Of a stretch of DNA of 64,000 nucleotides, positions 18,686 to 27,782 are shown one piece after another. Numbering within the stretch: the stretch's first letter is position 1; each line of letters begins with the position of its first letter. This DNA comes from an uncultured Chitinophaga sp. (GTDB taxonomy: Bacteria > Bacteroidota > Bacteroidia > Chitinophagales > LD1), in the NCBI GenBank assembly GCA_964620645.1, contig CAZUHU010000002.1, positions 781 through 64,780 on the forward strand, written 5' to 3'. Below the pieces are notes generated by a model that searched no databases, had not been told where the DNA came from, and saw only the letters and a list, made by a program, of their open reading frames with translations. The position numbers and the translations under genes were made by a program.

Positions 18686-19567
18686 TTAGTCCTGTGGCAG
18701 TATGGTTATCTCTTCCTCCATCTTACCATCGCGAAACATGCGCAGGTAGTGCTTTTTATTGCTCATTTCTTCGCTGCTTAACTCATAATTGTAGGTATAA
18801 ACCCCGTCCCGCTGGTTCTCGTTATTTACATATACCTTTTTCATGTGGTTGTCTTCATCAAAAAGGGCGATAAGCACCTTATGATTGCCGGCAAGGCTGT
18901 AGCTTAAACTGCCTGAATAAACATAATGGGTAGTGTAAGATACAGGCGCTGCTGCTTGGGGTTCTTTTTCGTAAATGCTTGCCAGGGGCAGGTTTTTAGC
19001 CTTGGCAACAAAGCGGCGCAGGTCATACATCATGGTAGTATCGGTTGAATAAATACTGTGTACATCGTGGTTATCGGTTAAACACCACACGGCATCCTGG
19101 CCTGCATCATTCTGATATTTTTTGCGGTTAAGCAGTTCGGCAAGGCCCAGCAGATTGCCGGTGCTTCGTTTGCCTATTTTAAAATTGTCATCACTGCCCG
19201 GCGAACCATCGCTTGCTTCGGTACACATAGCATACAGGCGGTAGTTTTTCTTTTGCTTGGGATTTAGGGATGCCACCAGGCTTTGGGTTACCATCATAGC
19301 CTGGGTGCTGCTATCCTCGGGCATAAGGATGTAGCCATATTCCAGGTTTATCTGCAGGTTATCCGCACTTGCGCTGGCAATTTCCATACTTATACAAGGC
19401 CCGTAATGGGAACTCTGCATCATATGGGCGGTATCATCTTTAGCACCGGTAAATTTTACGGACACCAATTTTTTTTGAATGGCCTCTGATAGTTTGTAGG
19501 ATGCTTCCGCAGCCTGGCAAAAGCATAGGCAGCCGGAAAGCAGCAGTGATAGCAGGAAGGGTTTCAT
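18686..19567 (-). CDS. hypothetical exported protein
   Basis: Signal peptide MKPFLLSLLLSGCLCFCQA. 293 aa. No motif recognised. Confidence 0.6.
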   Translation of the reverse strand: MKPFLLSLLLSGCLCFCQAAEASYKLSEAIQKKLVSVKFTGAKDDTAHMMQSSHYGPCISMEIASASADNLQINLEYGYILMPEDSSTQAMMVTQSLVASLNPKQKKNYRLYAMCTEASDGSPGSDDNFKIGKRSTGNLLGLAELLNRKKYQNDAGQDAVWCLTDNHDVHSIYSTDTTMMYDLRRFVAKAKNLPLASIYEKEPQAAAPVSYTTHYVYSGSLSYSLAGNHKVLIALFDEDNHMKKVYVNNENQRDGVYTYNYELSSEEMSNKKHYLRMFRDGKMEEEITILPQD

Positions 19568-19745
19568 ACGCAGGTTTTAGTTTGTAATACAGGGATGCGT
19601 TGAAAGCAACAACTGCACAGCCGGCAGAAAAAATTTTAACGGATTTAAGGAAATAAGATGGCAGCACCTTAGGCTGTTGGGGGAATGTTCCAACGGGTTT
19701 TCGGCGGAAGCGCATTCTATTTATATTGGCGCAAAAATTAGGGGG

Positions 19746-20375
19746 ATGCTGATAATAGGGATTACGGGAGGCTCAGGCTCGGGAAAAACCACAGTGGTAA
19801 GGCGCATACTGGAATCGTTTAGCCATGGCGAGGTTACGGTAGTATCGCAGGATAGTTACTACAAGGACAATGCCCATATACCTATGGAAGAGCGCTTGCT
19901 GATAAACTTTGACCACCCCGAAAGTATAGAGTTTGATTTGCTGGTGCAGCATATGAAGGAACTGCGCGATGGCAAGGCAATTGAAGAACCTACCTACGAT
20001 TACATAACCAGCACCCGCCAAAAACAAACCATACATATTGAGCCCAAGCACGTAATAATTGTAGAGGGTATATTACTATTTACAGATAAGCGGGTGCGCG
20101 ACCTCTGCGACATTAAAGTATTTGTGGATGCCGAGCCCGATGACAGGCTTATACGCATAATTGACCGCGATATGCGCGAACGTGGCCGTACTGCACAGCA
20201 GGTAATTGAGCGCTATGCTGTTGTAAAGGAAATGCATATTCAGTTTATAGAACCCACCAAACGTTTTGCCGATATTATAGTGCCGCAGGGCGGCGAGAAC
20301 CATGTAGCCGTGGATATGATGGTTGCCACTATCAGGATGAAACTGTTACAGCAGGAAGTTACGGGCAAGGCATAA
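19746..20375 (+). CDS. udk: uridine kinase
   Basis: ORF track start 19677 trimmed to ATG 19746 (MLIIGITGGSGSGKTT P-loop at the extreme N-terminus, as in Udk). DSYYKD, NFDHPES, IVEGIL. Confidence 0.9.
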   Translation: MLIIGITGGSGSGKTTVVRRILESFSHGEVTVVSQDSYYKDNAHIPMEERLLINFDHPESIEFDLLVQHMKELRDGKAIEEPTYDYITSTRQKQTIHIEPKHVIIVEGILLFTDKRVRDLCDIKVFVDAEPDDRLIRIIDRDMRERGRTAQQVIERYAVVKEMHIQFIEPTKRFADIIVPQGGENHVAVDMMVATIRMKLLQQEVTGKA

Positions 20376-20415
20376 TTGGCACAATATTTTATCGTTAAAA
20401 GCTAAATACGGAACC

Positions 20416-21228
20416 ATGCGCAGAAGAATAGTAGCAGGCATTATTGCAGTAATTTTAATAAGCAGCATAGCGGGCCTTGAAGCCTGTAAGAAAGGAGGCG
20501 GGCTAAACATATTTACTATACAGGACGACAAGGACCTGGGCCTGAAAATGGAACAGGAAATTGCAGCTAACCCGCAGGAGTATCCCCTGCTGGATCGTAC
20601 CCAATACGCCAGCGCCTATGCCTACCTGGAGAACATTAAACTGCAGATACTGAACAGTGGCCAAATGCAACACGCCGGCGACTTTGAGTGGAAACTGCAC
20701 ATTATAGATAATGACACCGTGTTGAATGCTTTTTGTACACCCGGTGGTTACATTTACGTTTACAGCGGCTTAATTAAATACCTTGATAACGCATCATCCT
20801 TAGCAGGTGTGCTGGGGCACGAAATGGCGCACGCTGACCAGCGCCATAGCACCAAGCAACTTACTGAGCAGTATGGCATTGCTACCCTGCTGGAAGTTAT
20901 TTTAGGTAAAGACCAGAATACGCTTACTGATATTGCAGCTAACCTTACCATTTTGGCGTTTAGCCGTAGCGATGAAAGTGATGCGGATGCGCATTCAGTA
21001 ATTTACCTGTGCCCAACCCAATACCGTGCCGACGGCGCTGCTGATTTCTTCCAGAAAATAGTGGATTCCGGAAGCCCGCAACCGCCGGCCTTTTTAAGCA
21101 CACACCCTAACCCCGACAACCGCATTGCTAATTTGCATGCCAAGGAAAGCGAGTTAGGTTGTAATAACAATCCATCAAACCAGGTGGAACTTACCGAGTA
21201 CGCGGCATTTAAAAACAGCCTGCCTTAA
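20416..21228 (+). CDS. M48-family metalloprotease, periplasmic lipoprotein type
   Basis: Lipobox ...IAGLEAC. GHEMAHADQRH (HExxH). Downstream ESDADAHS and LSTHPNPDNR. Confidence 0.85.
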   Translation: MRRRIVAGIIAVILISSIAGLEACKKGGGLNIFTIQDDKDLGLKMEQEIAANPQEYPLLDRTQYASAYAYLENIKLQILNSGQMQHAGDFEWKLHIIDNDTVLNAFCTPGGYIYVYSGLIKYLDNASSLAGVLGHEMAHADQRHSTKQLTEQYGIATLLEVILGKDQNTLTDIAANLTILAFSRSDESDADAHSVIYLCPTQYRADGAADFFQKIVDSGSPQPPAFLSTHPNPDNRIANLHAKESELGCNNNPSNQVELTEYAAFKNSLP

Positions 21229-21242
21229 GCAGGACATTAAAG

Positions 21243-22469
21243 CTATTTAAAACTCATTTCGTTTTGAGCCGCTTTGCGCGAAGGGAAGAAGGCAGCAAGC
21301 AGGCTTATGAATACAATTATACCTACCGCTACAACGGGGTCAATTAATTTAAGTTTAACCGGGTAATAGTCAATAACAAAACTGGAACCGCCGCCACCGC
21401 TTAATTTCAGGAAGTGAAACTTTAACTGCAACAGGCAGATAGTATAGCCGAGCAACAGGCCTATACCTGCACCAATAAGTGATGCTAATATTCCATTAAG
21501 AAGATAGATGCGGCGGATAAGAGTAGCGTCAGCGCCCATGGCCTTCAGTATGCTGATATCACGGGCCTTTTCCAGTACCAACATGGATAGAGAACCGATG
21601 ATGTTAAACGATATAATTAGAATTATAAATGCGAGGATAGCAGTTGTAACCCAGCGCTCTATTACCATTACCCTGTACATTTCAGCCTTTTGCTGGTAGC
21701 GGGTGCGCACTTCAAAATCTTTACCAAGCAGCGCGCTCAGTTTTTTGCGGCTTGTTTCTAAATCGGCACCGGGCTTTAGTTTTAACTCGTAGGCCGAAAT
21801 GCGGTTATCGCCGCCCAGCAACTCCTTCGCAAAATCAAGCCCTACGAAAATGTATTTGGAATCGAACTCCTGTTGTATAGAAAAAATACCTGCCGGTATA
21901 ATTTGCTGGGTGTTGAAGGCATCAGCCGGGTTAATGGTGCTTTTAACGCCTTTGCGGGGCACGGTAATGCGCAGGGTTTCGAAAGTAGGGTCGGTAGTGA
22001 TGTTCATGGAAATAGCAATGTTGCCACCTACTACTGCCTTATGGCCCAGACTATCGCCAAGGTCAAAATCGCCTATGCGCACGTAATCGCGCACACTGTT
22101 TACATCATTATACTGTTCGTCAACACCCTTAATAGTGCCAATCTGTGCTTCGTTGCCGTACTCCAGGTAGGCGTTTTCTTCCAAAGTGCGCGATACCTTA
22201 ACTACATCCTCATACTTTAATATAGCGGCTAATGTCTCGGGCTTATCCTCAAAGGTTTTGCCTACCGTAGCCCGCACTTCTATATCGGGGTAAAAGGAAT
22301 TGTAAAGCGAAAGCACCAGCCCTTCGAAACCATTAAAAACGCTAAGCACCACAATAAGGGCAAATGCACCAACAGCCATACCGGCCATGCTAACCCACGA
22401 AATGATGTTAATGGCGTTGGTTGACTTTTTAGAAAAAAGGTAGCGAAAGGCTATCCGTAAGGCCAGCAT
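21243..22469 (-). CDS. FtsX-like ABC transporter permease (LolC/LolE family)
   Basis: 408 aa. N-terminal TM, large periplasmic domain, and three C-terminal TMs with the FtsX-type motif ...SILKAMGA.... Confidence 0.85.
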   Translation of the reverse strand: MLALRIAFRYLFSKKSTNAINIISWVSMAGMAVGAFALIVVLSVFNGFEGLVLSLYNSFYPDIEVRATVGKTFEDKPETLAAILKYEDVVKVSRTLEENAYLEYGNEAQIGTIKGVDEQYNDVNSVRDYVRIGDFDLGDSLGHKAVVGGNIAISMNITTDPTFETLRITVPRKGVKSTINPADAFNTQQIIPAGIFSIQQEFDSKYIFVGLDFAKELLGGDNRISAYELKLKPGADLETSRKKLSALLGKDFEVRTRYQQKAEMYRVMVIERWVTTAILAFIILIISFNIIGSLSMLVLEKARDISILKAMGADATLIRRIYLLNGILASLIGAGIGLLLGYTICLLQLKFHFLKLSGGGGSSFVIDYYPVKLKLIDPVVAVGIIVFISLLAAFFPSRKAAQNEMSFK

Positions 22470-22480
22470 GTGCTTGTAGT

Positions 22481-22939
22481 TTACTTTTTGCCTTTAGCGC
22501 TTTTTTTAACGGCGGCTTTTTTTGCCTTTGGCTTAGCAGCAGCCTTGCTTTTTTTAGCAGGTTTAGCTACTTCTTCAGCAAGGGCATTGTCTTCCTCTTT
22601 TATCTTTTGAAAAACGCCTTCCATGTGGTACACGTAATCCAGGGTATCATCGCGGAAGAATTCTAACTCCGGAATACGGCGTAAGTCGTGGCGAAGCCTT
22701 TCTGCAAGCTGTCGTTTAATTTCAAACTTATGCTCGTTAAAGCGTTCAACTACCTCATCGGGGTTTTCGGTATTAAATATGCTCAGGTAAAAGCGAACCA
22801 GCGTAAGGTCAGAGGTTACTTTTACTTTGGTAACCGTTACAAAAGCCTTACCGTAAATGCTTTTTCCGTTGCGGAGAAGTATATCAGCAAATGCTTCCTG
22901 AATAACCGAGGCAATTTTCAATTGGCGGCGCGAATCCAT
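22481..22939 (-). CDS. rbfA: ribosome-binding factor A with a lysine/alanine-rich C-terminal extension
   Basis: RRQLKIASVIQEAFADIL...VTVTKVKVTSDLTLVRFYLS is the RbfA core. Tail: AKPAKKSKAAAKPKAKKAAVKKSAKGKK. Confidence 0.88.
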   Translation of the reverse strand: MDSRRQLKIASVIQEAFADILLRNGKSIYGKAFVTVTKVKVTSDLTLVRFYLSIFNTENPDEVVERFNEHKFEIKRQLAERLRHDLRRIPELEFFRDDTLDYVYHMEGVFQKIKEEDNALAEEVAKPAKKSKAAAKPKAKKAAVKKSAKGKK

Positions 22940-23052
22940 ATATCACGTTTTGTGGCGAAAATAAAATTAAATCGGGCGTAATGCGTTAAGCCTACTTATA
23001 TGAACGTAATAACCGATAGCTGTAATACGAATCCGAATATATTTGCCTGTTC

Positions 23053-24876
23053 ATGAAGAACCTGTTCAGAGTACTTTCTTATGTAAGCCGCTATAAGGGC
23101 TATGCCATGCTGAACCTGGTGTTCAACGTGCTTACTGTATTCTTTTCGCTCTTCTCGGTAATGATGATTATTCCCTTTATGAAGCTTTTGCTGGGGAATA
23201 TACCGCCCGTTATGGAAAAGCCGGTGCTTCACCTGGATGTGCAAAGCCTGCTGGATTACCTGAAGTACTTTTTGAGTATGGAGATAAACAGCAAGGGCCA
23301 TGTAATTGCCCTGGCCGAGTTTTGCGCCTTTATCGCCGGGGTGTTTTTGCTGAAGAATCTTTTCCGCTACCTGGCGGTGTTGTTCCTCTCACCAATAAGA
23401 AGTGGTTCCATACGCGATCTTCGCCTGGATATTTATACCAAAATACTGGCGCTTCCCTTAGCATATTACAGCAAGGGTCGCAAGGGCGACATAATAGCCC
23501 GCGTAACCGATGACGTGCGCGAAGTGGAAGCAAGCATTATAAGCTTTGTGGAGATTACCGTGCGCGAGCCGCTTACTATTATTGTGTTTCTGGCCTTTTT
23601 GCTGATGCTGAGTCCGCAGCTAACGGCTTTTGTTTTCGGCATGTTGCTGATAACCGGTTTTATAATTGGCCGGGTAGGCAAGAGCCTTAAGCGCCAAAGC
23701 ACCAAAGCGCAGGAAACCACCGGTCGCCTGATTTCTCTGATTGATGAAACATTAAGCGGCCTGCGCATCATACATGCCTTTAATGCTGAAAAATTTATGG
23801 CGCTGCAATTTGACAAGGTGAACCAGCGCCTTTTTGGTTTAAACACACGCATGAACAGTCGCAGAGAGTTGAGCTCTCCACTTACCGAGTTTTTAGCGAT
23901 GTGCGTGGTATGTATGGTGTTGTATTACGGCGGCACGCTGGTACTTAATAAGGAAGGCCTGGAAGCAGAAACCCTTATTGGCTTTATGGTGTTGTTTGCC
24001 ATGCTGATTCCGCCCGCCAAGAATTTTTCATCAGCCTTCTATAACATAAGAAAAGGGCTTGCCAGTGCGCAACGTATTTTTGAACTGATAGATGCTGAAG
24101 TGAATATTGCCGAGAGCAAAACAGCAATAGCGGTAAAAGAATTTAAACAGGAAATTGAATACCGCCAGGTGGGCTTTACTTACCACAATTACGACGACAA
24201 GAAAATATTGGACGGCCTTAACCTTAAAATAAGCAAAGGTAAAGTAGTAGCCTTAGTAGGTATGAGCGGCGCAGGTAAAACTACGCTGGTAGATTTATTG
24301 CCGCGCTTTTATGATGTAAGTGAAGGTTCTATTTTGATTGATGGGGTAGATATACGGGAGTATAAGCTGGGCGATTTGCGCCACCTGTTTGGTATAGTTA
24401 GCCAGGAATCGATACTGTTTAACGATACGGTATTTAACAACATAACCTTTGGCACGGAGGGCGCAACGCTGGAAGAAGTGAAGAACGCCGCCCGCATAGC
24501 CAATGCCCACGATTTTATTATGAAGCTGGACCAGGGTTATGATGCCCTGATAGGCGACAGAGGCGGTAAGCTTAGCGGCGGAGAGCGCCAACGATTGACT
24601 ATTGCCAGAGCGGTGTTAAAGAATCCCCCTATATTGATATTGGACGAAGCCACCTCCTCGTTAGATTCTAACTCAGAGAAGTTAGTGCAGGATGCATTGA
24701 CCAAGCTGATGAAGGGGCGCACCACCATTATTATTGCGCACCGCCTTTCTACCATACAATATGCCGATGAAATTATTGTGATGCAGGAAGGTAAAATTGC
24801 CGAAAGAGGCAACCATATTGGCCTGCTTGCCAAAGGCGGCATTTATAAAAAGCTGGTGGACCTGCAGCAGTTCTAA
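23053..24876 (+). CDS. ABC transporter, fused permease/ATPase (MsbA-like exporter)
   Basis: Six-TM N-terminal half. Walker A GMSGAGKTT, signature LSGGERQR, Walker B ILILDEATS. Confidence 0.92.
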   Translation: MKNLFRVLSYVSRYKGYAMLNLVFNVLTVFFSLFSVMMIIPFMKLLLGNIPPVMEKPVLHLDVQSLLDYLKYFLSMEINSKGHVIALAEFCAFIAGVFLLKNLFRYLAVLFLSPIRSGSIRDLRLDIYTKILALPLAYYSKGRKGDIIARVTDDVREVEASIISFVEITVREPLTIIVFLAFLLMLSPQLTAFVFGMLLITGFIIGRVGKSLKRQSTKAQETTGRLISLIDETLSGLRIIHAFNAEKFMALQFDKVNQRLFGLNTRMNSRRELSSPLTEFLAMCVVCMVLYYGGTLVLNKEGLEAETLIGFMVLFAMLIPPAKNFSSAFYNIRKGLASAQRIFELIDAEVNIAESKTAIAVKEFKQEIEYRQVGFTYHNYDDKKILDGLNLKISKGKVVALVGMSGAGKTTLVDLLPRFYDVSEGSILIDGVDIREYKLGDLRHLFGIVSQESILFNDTVFNNITFGTEGATLEEVKNAARIANAHDFIMKLDQGYDALIGDRGGKLSGGERQRLTIARAVLKNPPILILDEATSSLDSNSEKLVQDALTKLMKGRTTIIIAHRLSTIQYADEIIVMQEGKIAERGNHIGLLAKGGIYKKLVDLQQF

Positions 24877-24909
24877 ATTGCCGGCGTTTTCAAAACTTTA
24901 AGGATTGTG

Positions 24910-25692
24910 TTAGAACGTAACCCCTATGTTTAAGGATAGGCGCTGATAGGTACGTTTTATATTGTAAGCAGGGCTACCTTCATAATTGTAGGCCCATTCG
25001 GTTTCGCTGAACATACGCTTGTAAGCGGCGCTAAGTATTACGGAAGCGCGGCCGCGGGTATATATACGTATGCCGCCCCCTGCTGAAAAATAGTAACCTC
25101 CTTTGTTTTTGTTATATCGGTAACCATCCTGTGCTTTTTGCTTCCACATTACGGCATAACCCCCATCGGCAAATACGTAAGGGGTAACTTTTGTTTTCAG
25201 GAATTCAGTAGCAAGCCGCACATAAAAAGGCGAGAAGGTTTGTTTGTAGTTGATGTAACGGTCAATACCTACACCCCCACCAACATATAAATAGGGCCAG
25301 AACTGGTAGCCGTTAACCGTGTGCAGAGAAAGGCCGAAATCATCGCCGGAATTAGAGTAATAATAGATATCCGTGCTTTTTTGTGGTGGGCCATAGATGA
25401 GCCCGAACTCCGTCATATTGCGGAACCCATGCGAACGGCGGAAGTAATCCTTTTTAATGTTGCGCAGCTTCTCCTTCATTATGTTTTCCTTTTTAAGGCT
25501 GTCCACTTCGCTATTGCTGAAAACAAAAAGACTGCCTCCGGCAAGTTCAATTTTCAGCTTTTCGGCGTTTTGCTCGGTTATTTTACCGCGTAGAATGCTG
25601 CCGTTTTTAAGGTAAACCACATCCTGTATTTCAGATTGGCTGTAGATTTTGGTGCAAAGCAGCAGGGTAATGAGCGAAAGGAGGTATTTCAT
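24910..25692 (-). CDS. hypothetical exported protein, C-terminal half beta-barrel-like
   Basis: ORF track runs to 25731. I prefer ATG 25692 (MKYLLSLITLLLCTKIYSQ). Alternating-hydrophobic strands, ending ...LSLNIGVTF. Confidence 0.6.
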   Translation of the reverse strand: MKYLLSLITLLLCTKIYSQSEIQDVVYLKNGSILRGKITEQNAEKLKIELAGGSLFVFSNSEVDSLKKENIMKEKLRNIKKDYFRRSHGFRNMTEFGLIYGPPQKSTDIYYYSNSGDDFGLSLHTVNGYQFWPYLYVGGGVGIDRYINYKQTFSPFYVRLATEFLKTKVTPYVFADGGYAVMWKQKAQDGYRYNKNKGGYYFSAGGGIRIYTRGRASVILSAAYKRMFSETEWAYNYEGSPAYNIKRTYQRLSLNIGVTF

Positions 25693-25837
25693 ACGAAAAT
25701 TTTGGTGCAGGCAACGGTTTTCAAAGGACAAACGTTTGTATATGTAAATTGGTTGCCTGTTTGGTTGGCTCCTCTTCTTTTAAAGAAGGGGAGACAACTA
25801 CCGGAAGGGCGGCCCTTAAACCAAAACCACAAGCAAT

Positions 25838-27121
25838 ATGAAAAAAACGATGACCCTTACGCTGCAACTGCTAACCCTGGTTACGTTGGTTGTTTTTTCG
25901 GCCTGCAAAAAGGATAAGTGCGACCAAACAATGACTTATAAAACTTACGAGCCTGTTTACATGAGTTACGAAGAAATGCGCAGCTCAGTAAAAAGCGAGC
26001 CGGCTCAACCGCTACACCAGCCCGGTAAGATTTATATAAAGGGGCAGTACATTTTTGTAAATGAGCGTAACAAGGGCATACACATAATAGACAACAGCGT
26101 GCCTACCGCACCGCAAAACATTGCGTTTATTAATGTGCCCGGCAATATTGATATAGCTGCGGTTGGTAATGTGCTTTTTGCCGATAGTTATGTTGATCTG
26201 CTGGCGCTTGATATCAGCAATCCGCAAAATGTTACTGTATTAAAAAGAGTAGAGAATGCACTGCCTTACGAGATGTATACTAACGGCAACTATGCCGACC
26301 CGCAAAAAGGTGTGGTTAAGGAGTGGAAGGAAATTGTAAAAACCGAAAAGATAAGCGACGACTGCAGCGGCAATGGCTTTTGGGGCAAGGGTGGTATATT
26401 TATGGAAGGCGATGTTATGACTGCCAATGCACAATCTGCAGCGTTTGTTAGTCCGCAAACACCGGGTATAGGCGGATCAACCGCTAAATTTACCATTGCC
26501 GGTAACGCCCTTTATATAGTGGACAACAACAAGCTGCACGTTTATGATGTAACTGCGGCAGCTAACCCAACCAAAGTGGGCGAACAAAATGTTGGCTGGA
26601 GCATAGAAACGATATTCCCATACAAGAACCACTTGTTTATCGGCTCAAGCTCGGCTGTTTACATTTATAACAACAGCAATCCTTTTGCACCGGTTTACGT
26701 TTCCTCTTACGACCATATAAGTGCCTGCGACCCTGTGGTAGTGGATGACCAATACGCCTATTTTACCTTGAGTAACGACGCACCATGCCATATGGGTGTT
26801 AACCAACTGGAGGTGATAGATATAACCAACATCAGCCAGCCAACCTTAAAAGTTACTGTGCCTATGACCAACCCTAAAGGACTGGGCATTGCAGATAAAA
26901 CCCTGTTTATATGCGATAGCCAGGATGGCCTGAAGGTTTACAATGCACAGGATGTGATGGCCATTGGCGAAAACCAACTGGCGCACTTCAGCAACATACA
27001 CGCCTTTGATGTAATACCTTACAACAACCGCCTGCTGATGATTGGCAGCGACGGACTTTACCAATACGACTATAGCAACCTTAGCAACATAAACCTGCTA
27101 AGCAGAATACCGGTGCAATAA
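25838..27121 (+). CDS. lipoprotein with LVIVD-like beta-propeller repeats
   Basis: Lipobox ...VVFSAC. Recurrent strand-turn motifs: LLALDISNPQNVTVL, LHVYDVTAAANPTKV, LEVIDITNISQPTLK, LKVYNAQD. Confidence 0.65.
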   Translation: MKKTMTLTLQLLTLVTLVVFSACKKDKCDQTMTYKTYEPVYMSYEEMRSSVKSEPAQPLHQPGKIYIKGQYIFVNERNKGIHIIDNSVPTAPQNIAFINVPGNIDIAAVGNVLFADSYVDLLALDISNPQNVTVLKRVENALPYEMYTNGNYADPQKGVVKEWKEIVKTEKISDDCSGNGFWGKGGIFMEGDVMTANAQSAAFVSPQTPGIGGSTAKFTIAGNALYIVDNNKLHVYDVTAAANPTKVGEQNVGWSIETIFPYKNHLFIGSSSAVYIYNNSNPFAPVYVSSYDHISACDPVVVDDQYAYFTLSNDAPCHMGVNQLEVIDITNISQPTLKVTVPMTNPKGLGIADKTLFICDSQDGLKVYNAQDVMAIGENQLAHFSNIHAFDVIPYNNRLLMIGSDGLYQYDYSNLSNINLLSRIPVQ

Positions 27122-27212
27122 GCACCGGCAAAACACAGTGTATAAAATATTAATACAACAATAACCCTTTAAACGTTTAACACCGCAACAAAAACTAAAC
27201 TGTTACTTTACA

Positions 27213-27782
27213 ATGCGAATAGCATACAGCGTGAGCGAGGAAGAGATTATTAAAGGCTGCATAAAGGGAGAACGGCTGGCGCAGAAACACTTATACGAGC
27301 GTTTCTACGGCAGGATGATGGGAGTATGCATGCGCTACGCTTCGCATAAGGAACAGGCCCGCGAGATGGTGAACATCGGATTTTTAAAGGTGTACCAAAC
27401 CATTGAAGGCTTTGGAAAGAAAGGCGGAAACCTTGAAGCCTGGATTTACCGCATAATGGTAAACACCGCTATTGATTATTTGCGGGCGGAATTAAGACAC
27501 CAGCACAGTGAGATTGAGAAGACCGTATATATAGAGGCAAGTAATGATGTACTGGCTGACCTTGCTGCGGAGCAGATAATGGAAATGGTAAACAAACTAA
27601 CGCCGGCTTACAGAACAGTATTTAACCTGTATGTAGTGGAAGGGTATAATCATAAAGAAATTGGAGAGATGCTGGGCATTTCGGAAGGCACCTCAAAGTC
27701 GAATTTGGCGAAAGCGCGGGTTAAGCTGCAGGATATGTTGCTGGAACAAAACAAAGTGAACACAAACGTATATGGAAAATAA
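27213..27782 (+). CDS. ECF-type RNA polymerase sigma-70 family factor
   Basis: Region 2 (WIYRIMVNTAIDYLR) and region 4 HTH (GYNHKEIGEMLGISEGTSKSNLAKARVKLQ). Confidence 0.9.
   Translation: MRIAYSVSEEEIIKGCIKGERLAQKHLYERFYGRMMGVCMRYASHKEQAREMVNIGFLKVYQTIEGFGKKGGNLEAWIYRIMVNTAIDYLRAELRHQHSEIEKTVYIEASNDVLADLAAEQIMEMVNKLTPAYRTVFNLYVVEGYNHKEIGEMLGISEGTSKSNLAKARVKLQDMLLEQNKVNTNVYGK

Noticed and set aside
19457-19470. T8 (A8 on the coding strand) homopolymer near the 5' end of 18686-19567, considered as a phase-variation tract
   Set aside because: Eight bases is short for slipped-strand switching, and it simply encodes QKK. Without population data there is no basis for the claim.
23038-23045. TAtaTTTG box only 7 nt upstream of the MsbA-like ABC transporter ATG (possible leaderless mRNA)
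   Set aside because: This is a single motif match with no -33 element and a geometry that would place the TSS at or past the start codon. I cannot distinguish it from chance without TSS data.
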